DNA from: Kiritimatiellia bacterium
GTDB taxonomy: Bacteria > Verrucomicrobiota > Kiritimatiellia > RFP12 > UBA1067
Length of the DNA stretch: 64,000 nucleotides
Direction of reading: 5' to 3'
Assembly (NCBI GenBank): GCA_045656225.1
Contig: JAZOQU010000024.1
Coordinates: 5,790-69,789 of the forward strand
This document shows positions 31,535 to 40,567 of the stretch, one piece after another (the first letter of the stretch is position 1; every line of letters begins with the position of its first letter). A program made the translations under genes and the position numbers. The notes beneath the pieces were generated by a model. It ran no database searches and was not told the DNA's origin. It worked only from the letters and a program-made list of their open reading frames with translations.

Positions 31535-32791
31535 CTACGACCGGACATCTCCCTTCCTCGGCATCACAAAACCTGACGCGAAAGAAAAAAGAAGAAGACT
31601 CAAAAATCCTGTGACGGCAACACTGCCGACATCACCCCAGGCGATGCATTCATCTGACTCGAGCGCCGAAACGGGACTGAACCGATCGATCGGAGATGTC
31701 ACCCACGACGAGAATTCCGTCAGCATCACACTGAAGCGTGTCACGGCGTTCGCATTGAGAGGATCAGGATATTCTTCCATCGTAGCAGGGCTTACCGCTG
31801 CCACGCACAACATGGATATAAGGGTAAAAACAGCCACACTGCGTCCAAGACACGAGCCTAAAAATACACCGACGGAAACGACACAAAGCAGGGAAAGCGA
31901 CATCATCATCCAGGCTCTGAACGCATTATCTGCAAAACCTCCCGCGGGAACGAGCAGTTTGAGATCATTGCGCGGCTGAAGTGTCAGAGATGCGTTCGAA
32001 TTATTTGCAAAGACAAGATGCGCCGGGTTCTCTATCCCGGGACAGGGCTGATCCAACTTTACACGGCAGACCGATTTCACAGGATTGCCTACAGCCCCCT
32101 TACGGTCACGAAACGCAAATACACCTGAAATATTTCCAGTCCGCCCCCAGGAATCGTCAAAACGGACACGAACCTTGACGGATCCGACATCCCCGGGAAC
32201 CGTATCGAAGGTCCAATACACGCTCTTCCCGGAATCGACAGTGACATACTTGTCGCGGGCAAGGCTTTCAAGATACTTTAAAACACCATGCTCACCGACC
32301 TTCTCCACATCGGAGCGAAACTCCTCCTTGGTTCTGATGAGATTATCAAACATTCTTTGCGCTTCAAGGCGGGGATTCTCCAACGCAGGCGAATATACCA
32401 TATCGCAAGTCCGCCCGCGTCCATCGCACCACCACAGAAGAGCAAGCGCCAAGGCGAGAACGAAAGAACCCGTCACCGCTATCGCAAGACTTCTTCCCAT
32501 GGCGATAACGCAGCGCGGCACAGGGCGTATCAGCGTAAGCTGTAGCCGTTTTGCCGATCTGTCGCCGGAGACGGATCCGGCCGCACCAGATCCGAGCGCA
32601 ACAAGGACTACGCAGAAAACAACCCCTAAAAGATAGCGTACGGAAAGTTGATATGTCTGAAGATCGTCGCCCTTCAAAAAATGACGGCCGAAAAGCATCC
32701 ATAATATGCAGGAGACGGTAAATATATGAATCGTCTTTGAACGCAAAGCCGCAAGAAGCTCCAGCTTGAAAATCTGCAGAAAAGCTCTCAC
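31535..32791 (-). CDS. ABC-2-type membrane protein with a large extracytoplasmic domain
   Basis: 418 aa. The GTG start overlaps the ATPase stop (GTGA). TM helices flank a ~170-aa soluble insert. Assigned by context with the ABC ATPase. Confidence 0.6.
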   Translation of the reverse strand: MRAFLQIFKLELLAALRSKTIHIFTVSCILWMLFGRHFLKGDDLQTYQLSVRYLLGVVFCVVLVALGSGAAGSVSGDRSAKRLQLTLIRPVPRCVIAMGRSLAIAVTGSFVLALALALLWWCDGRGRTCDMVYSPALENPRLEAQRMFDNLIRTKEEFRSDVEKVGEHGVLKYLESLARDKYVTVDSGKSVYWTFDTVPGDVGSVKVRVRFDDSWGRTGNISGVFAFRDRKGAVGNPVKSVCRVKLDQPCPGIENPAHLVFANNSNASLTLQPRNDLKLLVPAGGFADNAFRAWMMMSLSLLCVVSVGVFLGSCLGRSVAVFTLISMLCVAAVSPATMEEYPDPLNANAVTRFSVMLTEFSSWVTSPIDRFSPVSALESDECIAWGDVGSVAVTGFLSLLLFSFASGFVMPRKGDVRS

Positions 32792-33543
32792 TTAAGAAAC
32801 TCCGCTATTTCAAATTTGCGCCCTTCGCCGACTTTGGCGAGGAAGAATTCCGAAAGGGACGATCCAAGTTCCGACACCCGGCCTTCAGCCGCCTTGACTC
32901 CGCGGTTGAGAATTGCAACCCTGTCACACACATCTTCGGCGTCTGCAAGCAGATGCGAAGTCATAAGAATTGTCATGCCGCCTTTTACAAGCTCTTTTAC
33001 GAGCGTTTTAACCTCGTTCGTCGACACCGGATCGAGACCGCTCGTCGGCTCGTCAAGCACAAGAAGACGTGGCTTTCCGATAAGAGCGGTTGCAAGAGCG
33101 ACTCTTCTGGCCATTCCTTTCGAAAATCCCCCGACGGCCCTTCCGGCAACATCTGCGAGTCCGACCATCTCAAGAAGGGAGCTGGAACGCTCCTTCACCG
33201 TCTTTGAATCAAGCCCGCACAGTCCGCCGTAATAATGAAGCGTCTCTTTTGCAGTCAGAAAAGGATGCAGATAACTCAACTCAGGCAAATACCCGAGATC
33301 CATCCGTGCCGCAATGGATCGCGGTGATTTTCCGAAAAGCCTCACTTTGCCGACATCGGGATTTAAAAGGCCCAAAAGCATCTTTATCGTTGTTGATTTG
33401 CCGCTGCCGTTAGGGCCGAGAAGCCCGAAAACCTCACCTTCGGAAACGGAAAAAGAAAGACCGTCGACAGCCTGAACGGTAGGTCGACCCCAAAAATCAC
33501 GAAACATCTTGCCGACTGATTCAACCTCAATTACATCACCCAT
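32788..33543 (-). CDS. ABC transporter ATP-binding protein
   Basis: Walker A GPNGSGKSTT, signature-like FSKGMARRV, Walker B LLVLDEPTSGLD. Confidence 0.9.
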   Translation of the reverse strand: MGDVIEVESVGKMFRDFWGRPTVQAVDGLSFSVSEGEVFGLLGPNGSGKSTTIKMLLGLLNPDVGKVRLFGKSPRSIAARMDLGYLPELSYLHPFLTAKETLHYYGGLCGLDSKTVKERSSSLLEMVGLADVAGRAVGGFSKGMARRVALATALIGKPRLLVLDEPTSGLDPVSTNEVKTLVKELVKGGMTILMTSHLLADAEDVCDRVAILNRGVKAAEGRVSELGSSLSEFFLAKVGEGRKFEIAEFLK

Positions 33544-33574
33544 ATTTTCCGTACATTCCTTTCGTCGTGAAAAC

Positions 33575-34531
33575 TTATCCTACGTCCTTGCTTCTCATCA
33601 AAAAAGCACCGAATAGAAGAAACGCAAAAACAATCGGCAATATGGCCGCGAACGCAAAGGCCACATACAACCAGGACAGTTCCCCACCCCTGGAAAGAGT
33701 CTGAGATTGATAATAATTGCCGAGAGCGGGTATGAAAAGAAGGAAAAACAACGCCGACAGCGAAGAGACGGCGTTTTCTTTCAGCCTCACGGACAATGCC
33801 GAGGCCAGCGTTAAAAAAACCGCCGCAGGAGCTATAAGCAGCAGCCCGACCGGAATAAGCCGAACTACCGTTTCATAAAGGCCGGGCATCCTTGCCTGAA
33901 GCATGCTCCAGGCAAGAAAAATGTTCAACACGCACCCCGCGACTGAAACGAATACGGCTGTGACAAAAGCGGTCATTGTGAACCTGAAACGGAAAAATCT
34001 GTTTAGAAAAGCGCCTGAAATCAACGGAACGACCATGACGGCGACATTGATTGCAAGAGAAACGCCCCAGACGGTTTCAGGAAGAAGGTTCTCTCCGGAA
34101 GCTCCGCAATCGTGCACTGCAGCGCACCGGGAATACGCCTTGGCCGCTTCAGCGCCTACAACCATCGTAACAGACGACGCGAAAACGACAATGAAAAAAC
34201 AGATGTATCCCGCAAATGCTCCGGCTGTCTTAGAAAAGAAAAACATCTCACGCGAAATCGGACGCGACAGAGCCATCTGAATCGTAGAGGAGTCGATCTC
34301 ACGCCGAAAGACTCTTATTGATGCAAAGACGGCAAACACGATCCCGAAAATCAGAACGGACGAAAGCCCGACATCGCGCGCCATGCGCGAAGGCTCTCCG
34401 AACTGATGAACATGCAGCAGGGACGCTACCGTGACAACTCCGACGGCCGTCAATGTCAGCAGAAAAAACAAAGGCTCCGACACCACTTCAAGCGTCGTAG
34501 CCTTTATCACGGAACGAATCCGACGCAACAT
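33575..34531 (-). CDS. ABC-2-type permease-like membrane protein
   Basis: The start is taken at ATG 34531 (MLRRIRSVIKATTLEVV..), 1 nt after the upstream stop. The longer track ORF (to 34918) overlaps the upstream gene in another frame and is R-rich. Confidence 0.65.
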   Translation of the reverse strand: MLRRIRSVIKATTLEVVSEPLFFLLTLTAVGVVTVASLLHVHQFGEPSRMARDVGLSSVLIFGIVFAVFASIRVFRREIDSSTIQMALSRPISREMFFFSKTAGAFAGYICFFIVVFASSVTMVVGAEAAKAYSRCAAVHDCGASGENLLPETVWGVSLAINVAVMVVPLISGAFLNRFFRFRFTMTAFVTAVFVSVAGCVLNIFLAWSMLQARMPGLYETVVRLIPVGLLLIAPAAVFLTLASALSVRLKENAVSSLSALFFLLFIPALGNYYQSQTLSRGGELSWLYVAFAFAAILPIVFAFLLFGAFLMRSKDVG

Positions 34532-34532
34532 C

Positions 34533-35423
34533 TCAGAACCAGTTTCTCGTATATTCAAAGAAATAGATGAATGCTCCAAGAAGAGCAATCGCCACGCATG
34601 CGACAAACTGGAGTATCGTGTTGACCGCGATAAGCGCACTGTGCTCATCGTCGTTGGCTTTGACCGCCTTCTCCTTGGGCTGAGAACCGGCTGAAGAAGG
34701 GATGTCGGCGATATCCGGAATATCGGCAATCTCGCCTTCCTTCGAAGCGGCATCGGAATCGGCCGAACCGGCTTCCGGCTTTTTAGGAACAATCTTTCTT
34801 GCGGGTCGTACAGCTCCCGGACGCGAAATCTTAAGCGTTTTGCGCTGTGTGACGGACACACCCTTCTCGTCGGCGTTCGCCGCCTGGACGGGTTCGGCAG
34901 GCTGCAAGGGCTTTTCAACGGAGGTGGGTGCGGAATTGAGATCGACAGGACGCTTGATCCTGATTGTCTTCATCGGGGCGATCTCATTCTGAATCGGAGA
35001 AGCGCCGATCGCGTCAGACAGGGATATACGCGAAGTACGTGACTTTGAGGCAAGCTTTTGCGCATCAGTCAACTGCTGCTCGGCGATAATGCCGGTCTTG
35101 TGAAGAATGGCCTGCTGGGGAATCTGCTGGGTAACACCCTTAAGCTTCTGGGTGATGTTCTTAAGCTGTTCTACCGGCGTGGCAGCAGCATCAGGAGCAG
35201 GAGCTGCAGCGGCAGTGGCTGCAGCGGCGGGAGTTGCGGCGGCAGCGGGAGACAGCGCGGATTTGGAAGGCATCTTAAACGCCGGCTTCGCACCGCCGAT
35301 AACGGGCTTGCGAATAACAGGCTTCAGTTTAAGCGTAGCCGCCTGCGCTGGAGCCGAACCTGAAATCGGATTCACCGTTGGAGGCTTCGGCGCTTCGATC
35401 GAACTGATTGTTTCGTCTGCCAT
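34533..35423 (-). CDS. Low-complexity A/P/K-rich protein with a single C-terminal TM helix (tail-anchored, hypothetical)
   Basis: 296 aa. AAGGAG SD is 7 nt upstream of the ATG at 35423. A/P-rich runs (..AAAATPAAAATAAAAPAPDAAATP..). The only hydrophobic helix is at the extreme C-terminus (ILQFVACVAIALLGAFIYFF). Confidence 0.6.
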   Translation of the reverse strand: MADETISSIEAPKPPTVNPISGSAPAQAATLKLKPVIRKPVIGGAKPAFKMPSKSALSPAAAATPAAAATAAAAPAPDAAATPVEQLKNITQKLKGVTQQIPQQAILHKTGIIAEQQLTDAQKLASKSRTSRISLSDAIGASPIQNEIAPMKTIRIKRPVDLNSAPTSVEKPLQPAEPVQAANADEKGVSVTQRKTLKISRPGAVRPARKIVPKKPEAGSADSDAASKEGEIADIPDIADIPSSAGSQPKEKAVKANDDEHSALIAVNTILQFVACVAIALLGAFIYFFEYTRNWF

Positions 35424-35447
35424 ATCGTGCTCCTTATGTATTCATTG

Positions 35448-35453
35448 ATTATA
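35448..35453 (-). promoter_or_regulatory. Candidate -10 hexamer TATAAT for the tail-anchored protein/ABC block
   Basis: The plus strand reads attata, in the 41-nt gap after frr. Predicted +1 is ~35441, giving an 18-nt leader with AAGGAG. No TG extension and only a weak -35. Confidence 0.3.
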
Positions 35454-35464
35454 CGCTCTTGAAC

Positions 35465-36028
35465 TTAAACAGACATCACTTCGGCTTCCTTGGCCTTAAG
35501 TTCTGCATCAATCATGGCAATACCGTCATCGGTCGCCTTTTGGATCTTATCAAGCCCCTGTTTCATGTCATCCTCGGAAATCTTCTTATCCTTCTCGAGT
35601 TTCTTGACGGCATCGTTGGCGTCGCGCCTAACATTGCGCATAGCCACTTTTTGAGCCTCAGCCTGCGTCTTTGCGGTCTTGACGATCTCCTTACGACGCT
35701 CTTCGTTAAGTTCAGGAACGGTAATGCGAACAATCTTGCCGTCGCTCTGGGGAGTGACACCGATATTGGCGGCAAGGATGGCCTTGACGATTCCATCAAT
35801 CGTCGAAGGATCAAACGGAGCGATCTTGATTTGACGCGGCTCGGGCGTGGAAATCGTCGCGATGTTCTTGATAGGCTGTTTGGAACCCCAGGCTTCAGCC
35901 TGGATGCCGTCAACCATCGCCGGGCTCGCCTTACCGGTCCTAAGACCCGCAAACTGCGACTTTAGCGCCTCAAAGCTTTTGCCGATTTTCGTCGTCGCGT
36001 CATTCAACACTTCTTGAACTGTTTCCAT
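35465..36028 (-). CDS. frr: Ribosome recycling factor
   Basis: 187 aa, full-length RRF similarity, in the conserved pyrH-frr order. Confidence 0.95.
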   Translation of the reverse strand: METVQEVLNDATTKIGKSFEALKSQFAGLRTGKASPAMVDGIQAEAWGSKQPIKNIATISTPEPRQIKIAPFDPSTIDGIVKAILAANIGVTPQSDGKIVRITVPELNEERRKEIVKTAKTQAEAQKVAMRNVRRDANDAVKKLEKDKKISEDDMKQGLDKIQKATDDGIAMIDAELKAKEAEVMSV

Positions 36029-36073
36029 TTCTTTTTCACCTTTCTGAAAATTGAACTTTTAAAACCTTAACTT

Positions 36074-36802
36074 TTAATTCACCACCGTTCCGACTTCCTC
36101 ACCCTTCACCACGCGCTCAAGCGCGTCACCGTCGAAGAAGTCGAAAACGACAATCGGAATGTCATTATCCATGCAAAGGGCAAACGCCGCCGAATCCATA
36201 ACCTTAAGACGTTTCTCAAGCGCTGTCTCATACTTGAGCGAAGCGTATTTTTTCGCCTTGGGATCCTTCTTCGGATCTGCAGTGTAAATACCGTCGACCT
36301 TAGTCGCCTTAAGAAGCGCTTCCGCGCCGATTTCGCTCGCGCGGAGAGCCGCCGCAGAGTCTGTCGAAAAATAGGGATTGCCTGTTCCGCCGGCAAAAAT
36401 AACAACGCGCCCCTTTTCAAAATGTCTGAGCGCCTTGCGCTGGATAAAAGGTTCCGCAAGCTTGGGCATCTCGATGGAGGTCATAACACGCGTCGGAACT
36501 CCAATCGACTCAAGAGCATTCATCATCGCCAGTCCGTTGATAATGGTCGCGAGCATGCCCATAGAGTCGCCCGTTACGCGATTGACGCCTTTGCCGGCAC
36601 CCGTAAGGCCGCGGAAAATATTTCCGCCGCCGAGAACGATGCCGACCTGAACACCCATCTTATAGATTTTTTTGACGCGCTCGGCCATAAACGCAAGATT
36701 TTTCGGATCGATACACTCGCCCGTCTCACGGTTACCAAGCACCTCGCCGGACAACTTTAACAGTATCCGAGCGTATTTTATTTTTCGAGATGATTTTTTC
36801 AC
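36074..36802 (-). CDS. pyrH: UMP kinase
   Basis: ..YARILLKLSGE.. and full-length UMP kinase similarity. The track start at 36838 is a TTG lying upstream of the promoter-like box. GTG 36802 (VKKSSRKIKYARILLKLSGE) gives a typical PyrH N-terminus. Confidence 0.9.
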   Translation of the reverse strand: MKKSSRKIKYARILLKLSGEVLGNRETGECIDPKNLAFMAERVKKIYKMGVQVGIVLGGGNIFRGLTGAGKGVNRVTGDSMGMLATIINGLAMMNALESIGVPTRVMTSIEMPKLAEPFIQRKALRHFEKGRVVIFAGGTGNPYFSTDSAAALRASEIGAEALLKATKVDGIYTADPKKDPKAKKYASLKYETALEKRLKVMDSAAFALCMDNDIPIVVFDFFDGDALERVVKGEEVGTVVN

Positions 36803-36809
36803 GTTGCAA

Positions 36810-36818
36810 ATTATATCA
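36810..36818 (-). promoter_or_regulatory. Extended -10 box TGATATAAT for pyrH
   Basis: The plus strand reads attatatca. Predicted +1 is 36803, 1 nt before GTG 36802. Confidence 0.35.
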
Positions 36819-36846
36819 AATAGCCGAAAAAAAGGCAATTCATGGA

Positions 36847-37485
36847 CTAAATCGTTTTTGAAAATTCCGAAAGAACCTCAAGGCACTTTTTTAAATTCTC
36901 CATATACTGTTCCGGCATCGAGCCCGAGCCTTCAACATCGCTTATGCACTTGTAAGAAACAAACTCGACTCCCGCCGTCTCGCACACGTGGGCGATCGCC
37001 GCGCCCTCCATATCGCGCAGCGACGCTCCGAGCTTTTTAAGCAGCGCGCTGTCGTCCGCGCTGTCGTTGAATCTGTCGCCCGTGCCGAGCGTCTTCGCGG
37101 CGAAGCGCCCTTCCGCCCTGCATGGGATAAACGGCGTGTCGCGCTCGTTCAGAGTTCCCATCTCGGTTCCGTTTATCTGAACGAGATCGAAATCGTACTG
37201 GACAGCGTCGGCTACCTCGTAAATCTCGCCGACCTTCATCGCCGGATCAAGGCCTCCTGAAACTCCAAGATTGAAAATCCTCTTCGTTCCCGTTTCCTGG
37301 ATCGCAAGCTGGGTCGCGGCCGCGGCGTTAGACTTGCCGACGCCGGAGACGACGACAAACGCATCTTCCCCGTTCAGCGTTCCGCGCACGATGCGGCGGC
37401 CGAAAAGCGTGCTCTCGACTGCATTTTCAAGATTTGAAACGATACACTCGGCCTCGTTGTTCATCGCAATGACAAAAACCTTCAT
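36847..37485 (-). CDS. MTA/SAH nucleosidase-family protein (PNP_UDP_1)
   Basis: ..VVSGVGKSNAAAAT.. and ..DMEGAAIAHVCETAGVEFVSYKCISD.. resemble MtnN/Pfs. The ATG overlaps the upstream stop (ATGA, 37485-37482). Confidence 0.75.
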   Translation of the reverse strand: MKVFVIAMNNEAECIVSNLENAVESTLFGRRIVRGTLNGEDAFVVVSGVGKSNAAAATQLAIQETGTKRIFNLGVSGGLDPAMKVGEIYEVADAVQYDFDLVQINGTEMGTLNERDTPFIPCRAEGRFAAKTLGTGDRFNDSADDSALLKKLGASLRDMEGAAIAHVCETAGVEFVSYKCISDVEGSGSMPEQYMENLKKCLEVLSEFSKTI

Positions 37486-38771
37486 TTTATCTTAAGCCTC
37501 CTCAAGGACATTTCAAAATCGAACTTCGCCCTTTCGTGGTTGATGTCCATCCACGACTGTCCGGGCGATCTTTCATAAACTATTCTGCCGTCGACTATCG
37601 TCATTATGACATCGCTCGCGTGGGCGCTGTGGACGATAAGATTGGCCGGATCGACGCATGGATTCAAATGCGGCTTATCGAGCGCGACCACACTGAAATC
37701 CGCCGCCTTGCCGACGGCGATTTCGCCCGTGTCGTAGCGGCCGAGAGCCTTAGCTCCGTTCACCGTCGCCATCTCTATCACCTCCCAGGGTGAAAGGACC
37801 GTCGGATCCAACAAAACACCCTTGTGGATGAGCGAAGTTAAATGCATCTCCTCGAACATGTCGAGATTATCGTTCGACGCGGGACCGTCCGTCCCGAGCG
37901 CAACGTTCACGCCAAGTTCCGCCGCACGACAGACGCGTGCAAAGCCGCTCGCGAGTTTCATATTGCTCGACGGATTGTGGACTAGACTTACGTTTCTATC
38001 CGCCATAATCTTAAAGTCGTCATCCGTGCACCATACGCAATGGGCGGCATATCCGCCGTAATCGAGAAGGCCCGTCTCTGCGAGATACGCTATAGGCGTC
38101 TTGCCGTGACGCGCGATGCACTCCTCATGTTCACGCTTAGTCTCCGAGACATGGACATTGAGCGGGCGGGTAAATTCGCGGTTCGCCTCCGCCAGAGCGC
38201 GACAGAACTTCTCATTGGTCAGATATTCGGAATGAATGCAGATGTCCGCAAGAAGACGGCCGTTGGAGTCTCTAAAATTCCTGACGAAATCAATGCACTC
38301 TTCTAATCGACCCTTAGGAGTCCCGTCACTGAACGCAAGACCAGGACGGCAGACATTGGCCTTAATCCCCGTCTCAGCGAGCGCGGCGGCGCCTGCAAGC
38401 GAATGCTCGTACATGTCGGCGACGCAGGTGACGCCGCCCGCCAAAAGTTCCATCGCGCCCCAGGTCATCCCCGCAGCGACATCCTCGTCGGTCATCCTCG
38501 CTTCTACCGGAAAAATCGCCTCCTCGAGCCAGCGTTTAAGAGGAAGTCCGCCGCCCACGCCCCGGAGCAAGGTCATCGGCGCATGGCAATGGGCGTCAAC
38601 GATACCCGGCATCACAATCGCGCCTGAAAGATCAATCCCGCGCGGCGATGACGCACGCTCCTCGGGTGAAATTAAAATCTTATCGATTTTTCCGTTTGTG
38701 ACGACAATGTCTCCTACGGCGCTTTTACGTCCCGGAAGAATCATCAGACAGTTGTTGAGAACAAGGTTCAT
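37482..38771 (-). CDS. Amidohydrolase, MTA/SAH (or aminofutalosine) deaminase-like
   Basis: GIVDAHCHAPMTLLRG metal-binding HxH and HVSETKREHEE, plus full-length similarity to the MtaD/SsnA-type deaminase family. Confidence 0.7.
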   Translation of the reverse strand: MNLVLNNCLMILPGRKSAVGDIVVTNGKIDKILISPEERASSPRGIDLSGAIVMPGIVDAHCHAPMTLLRGVGGGLPLKRWLEEAIFPVEARMTDEDVAAGMTWGAMELLAGGVTCVADMYEHSLAGAAALAETGIKANVCRPGLAFSDGTPKGRLEECIDFVRNFRDSNGRLLADICIHSEYLTNEKFCRALAEANREFTRPLNVHVSETKREHEECIARHGKTPIAYLAETGLLDYGGYAAHCVWCTDDDFKIMADRNVSLVHNPSSNMKLASGFARVCRAAELGVNVALGTDGPASNDNLDMFEEMHLTSLIHKGVLLDPTVLSPWEVIEMATVNGAKALGRYDTGEIAVGKAADFSVVALDKPHLNPCVDPANLIVHSAHASDVIMTIVDGRIVYERSPGQSWMDINHERAKFDFEMSLRRLKIK

Positions 38772-38778
38772 GAAAACC

Positions 38779-39693
38779 TCACATTACCCTGTCTCCCCAA
38801 AGAGGGAATACGGCAGCAAACCCTGCGGATTCAAGATTTGATTTCACCTTAAGGCCGTCGCCATATGACCAGCGCCACATGTTTTTAGGATGAGTCAACT
38901 CTTCGATATGCCCTACGAGAACCTTTTTCGGATGAACCGCCTCGACCGAAGCTTTTACCGTATCCATTCCGCAATAGGGGTGAACAACCCAGAGATCGGG
39001 TTTTCGCGAGAATTTCAGCTTTTCGTGATTTGAACAGTCGCCCGTGTGGCAGAGAGTAAAATCACCTATGTGGATTTCGTAGAAAGTCGTAAAATTGACG
39101 AGATATTTATTATGATCGCACTGCCTCGTTTTTACGGACACGTCGCCGAAAGTAAAAGTTTTCTCGGCCCGGGTGAAGCCGCCATTGATAATCCAGTTCT
39201 TCACTCCGTAATTATCGAGAAAGTTCGAAACGACCGTCTTGCCGGCCTTGTTCATGGCGTTATAGAAAGGCCTTGTCCAGTGATCGCTGTGATTATGGGT
39301 AATGAGGGCAAAATCGAGAAAAGGCACGAGTTCCGGAGAGCGTGGATGCACCAGATCAATCGCAAAAATTTTAGAGACGCTCTTGACGACGATCCCCATG
39401 TTGTAAAGATACCAGACCGCAGGTCTGTTCGGATCGGTGACTTTAATTTCACGAACCTCGCTCAACACCTTGTCAAAAGCTTTATCAAGCCTCTTGAGCG
39501 CAGCGAATGAACGGGTGTCACCATCCTTTAAATATTGAAGATAGATTTTTCTGGTAACGAGATCATTCTCTGATTGAAGACGATCGATATCATCCCATGA
39601 AGGCTCTGAATATAAACTAAAACAACCCGAAGCGGACGCAAGCGCGGCAAATGAAGCGCCGGACTTAACAAAATTTCTGCGGTCGATAATCAT
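38779..39693 (-). CDS. MBL-fold metallohydrolase with TAT signal and lipobox-like Cys
   Basis: MIIDRRNFVKSGASFAALASASGC leader and HxHxDH motif (ITHNHSDHW). Confidence 0.7.
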   Translation of the reverse strand: MIIDRRNFVKSGASFAALASASGCFSLYSEPSWDDIDRLQSENDLVTRKIYLQYLKDGDTRSFAALKRLDKAFDKVLSEVREIKVTDPNRPAVWYLYNMGIVVKSVSKIFAIDLVHPRSPELVPFLDFALITHNHSDHWTRPFYNAMNKAGKTVVSNFLDNYGVKNWIINGGFTRAEKTFTFGDVSVKTRQCDHNKYLVNFTTFYEIHIGDFTLCHTGDCSNHEKLKFSRKPDLWVVHPYCGMDTVKASVEAVHPKKVLVGHIEELTHPKNMWRWSYGDGLKVKSNLESAGFAAVFPLWGDRVM

Positions 39694-39712
39694 AGTTAAA
39701 ACTCCTTATAAA

Positions 39713-40564
39713 TTACTTCATACATCTGACCTCATTAATATCTGCGATATTAAGAAGCGCCATAACCAACCTGTCAATTCCAAGAGCCACGCCAGAGGCA
39801 GGTCCCATAGACTCTATCGAACCGATAAAATCCATATCGACCGGATAATCCGCTTCTTTGAGTTCGCGGCGCTCTTCGCGGGCGATTTCGAATCGTCTAA
39901 GTTGTTCTTTGGGATCATTAAGTTCACTAAAACAATTAGCTAATTCAACGCCGTCCCAATAAAGTTCCCAACGTTCCGCGACATCGCCCCTAAGACGCGA
40001 AAGCGACGCTGCCCACGGCGGATAATCGACGAGAAAAACACCGCCGCCCATCTCCTTTATCGCGGGCTCAATCTTAGTCGCCATATCGAAATCGAACCGA
40101 TCGTGATCGCCGTCGACCCACGGATCCCAGCCCGCAAACTTAAGATACGCTTCGCGAACCTTGAGTTCTCTGAACGAGACTTCCCGTTCGGGACTGAATT
40201 CTTCCAGAAGCGCGGCCACGAGATTTTTCGTATCGTCCATGATATCGCGGTATGAGCTTTCGCGGCGATACCATTCGATCATCGTAAACTCGGGATTATG
40301 TCGAGACCCCTTCTCACCGTCACGGAAACAAGGCCCGATCTGATATATCCGATCCATCCCCGCAGCGAGCAGTTTCTTCATCTGAAGCTCGGGAGACGCT
40401 CTTAAAAAGCCGCCCGTCGCGACCGGCGGGCAGTCGATATTCGTCTCCGGCGCAGGCGCGGCTATCCGCACGGGTGTTTCGACCTCGACAAATCCGAGCG
40501 CGTCGAAAAACGAGCGGATGCGCGAGATGATGCGCGATCTCTTAACGAGAAGATCAATATCCAC
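39713..40564 (-). CDS. epmA: EF-P lysyl-(beta-lysine) ligase EpmA (class II LysRS paralog)
   Basis: ..RIRSFFDALGFVEVETPV.., ..IYQIGPCFRDGEKGSRHNPEFTMIEWY.. and ..GVALGIDRLVM... The GTG start is 3 nt after the upstream TAG, in the same frame. Confidence 0.85.
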   Translation of the reverse strand: MDIDLLVKRSRIISRIRSFFDALGFVEVETPVRIAAPAPETNIDCPPVATGGFLRASPELQMKKLLAAGMDRIYQIGPCFRDGEKGSRHNPEFTMIEWYRRESSYRDIMDDTKNLVAALLEEFSPEREVSFRELKVREAYLKFAGWDPWVDGDHDRFDFDMATKIEPAIKEMGGGVFLVDYPPWAASLSRLRGDVAERWELYWDGVELANCFSELNDPKEQLRRFEIAREERRELKEADYPVDMDFIGSIESMGPASGVALGIDRLVMALLNIADINEVRCMK

Positions 40565-40567
40565 AGA

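Noticed and set aside
34532-34918. N-terminal 129-aa extension of the ORF 33575-34918
   Set aside because: It overlaps the upstream gene in another frame and is R/P/S-rich. The internal ATG at 34531 sits 1 nt after the upstream stop and begins a normal membrane-protein N-terminus.
36803-36838. Upstream TTG/GTG-initiated extensions given by the ORF track (pyrH 36838; also ychF 5405, pseudopilins 50024 and 53045, TadE-like 56217, recJ 14425, oxidoreductase 63017)
   Set aside because: The track takes the longest ORF, including TTG/GTG starts. Conserved N-termini, class-III leader positions, SD sites, promoter boxes or overlap with the upstream gene favour the internal starts listed in the features.
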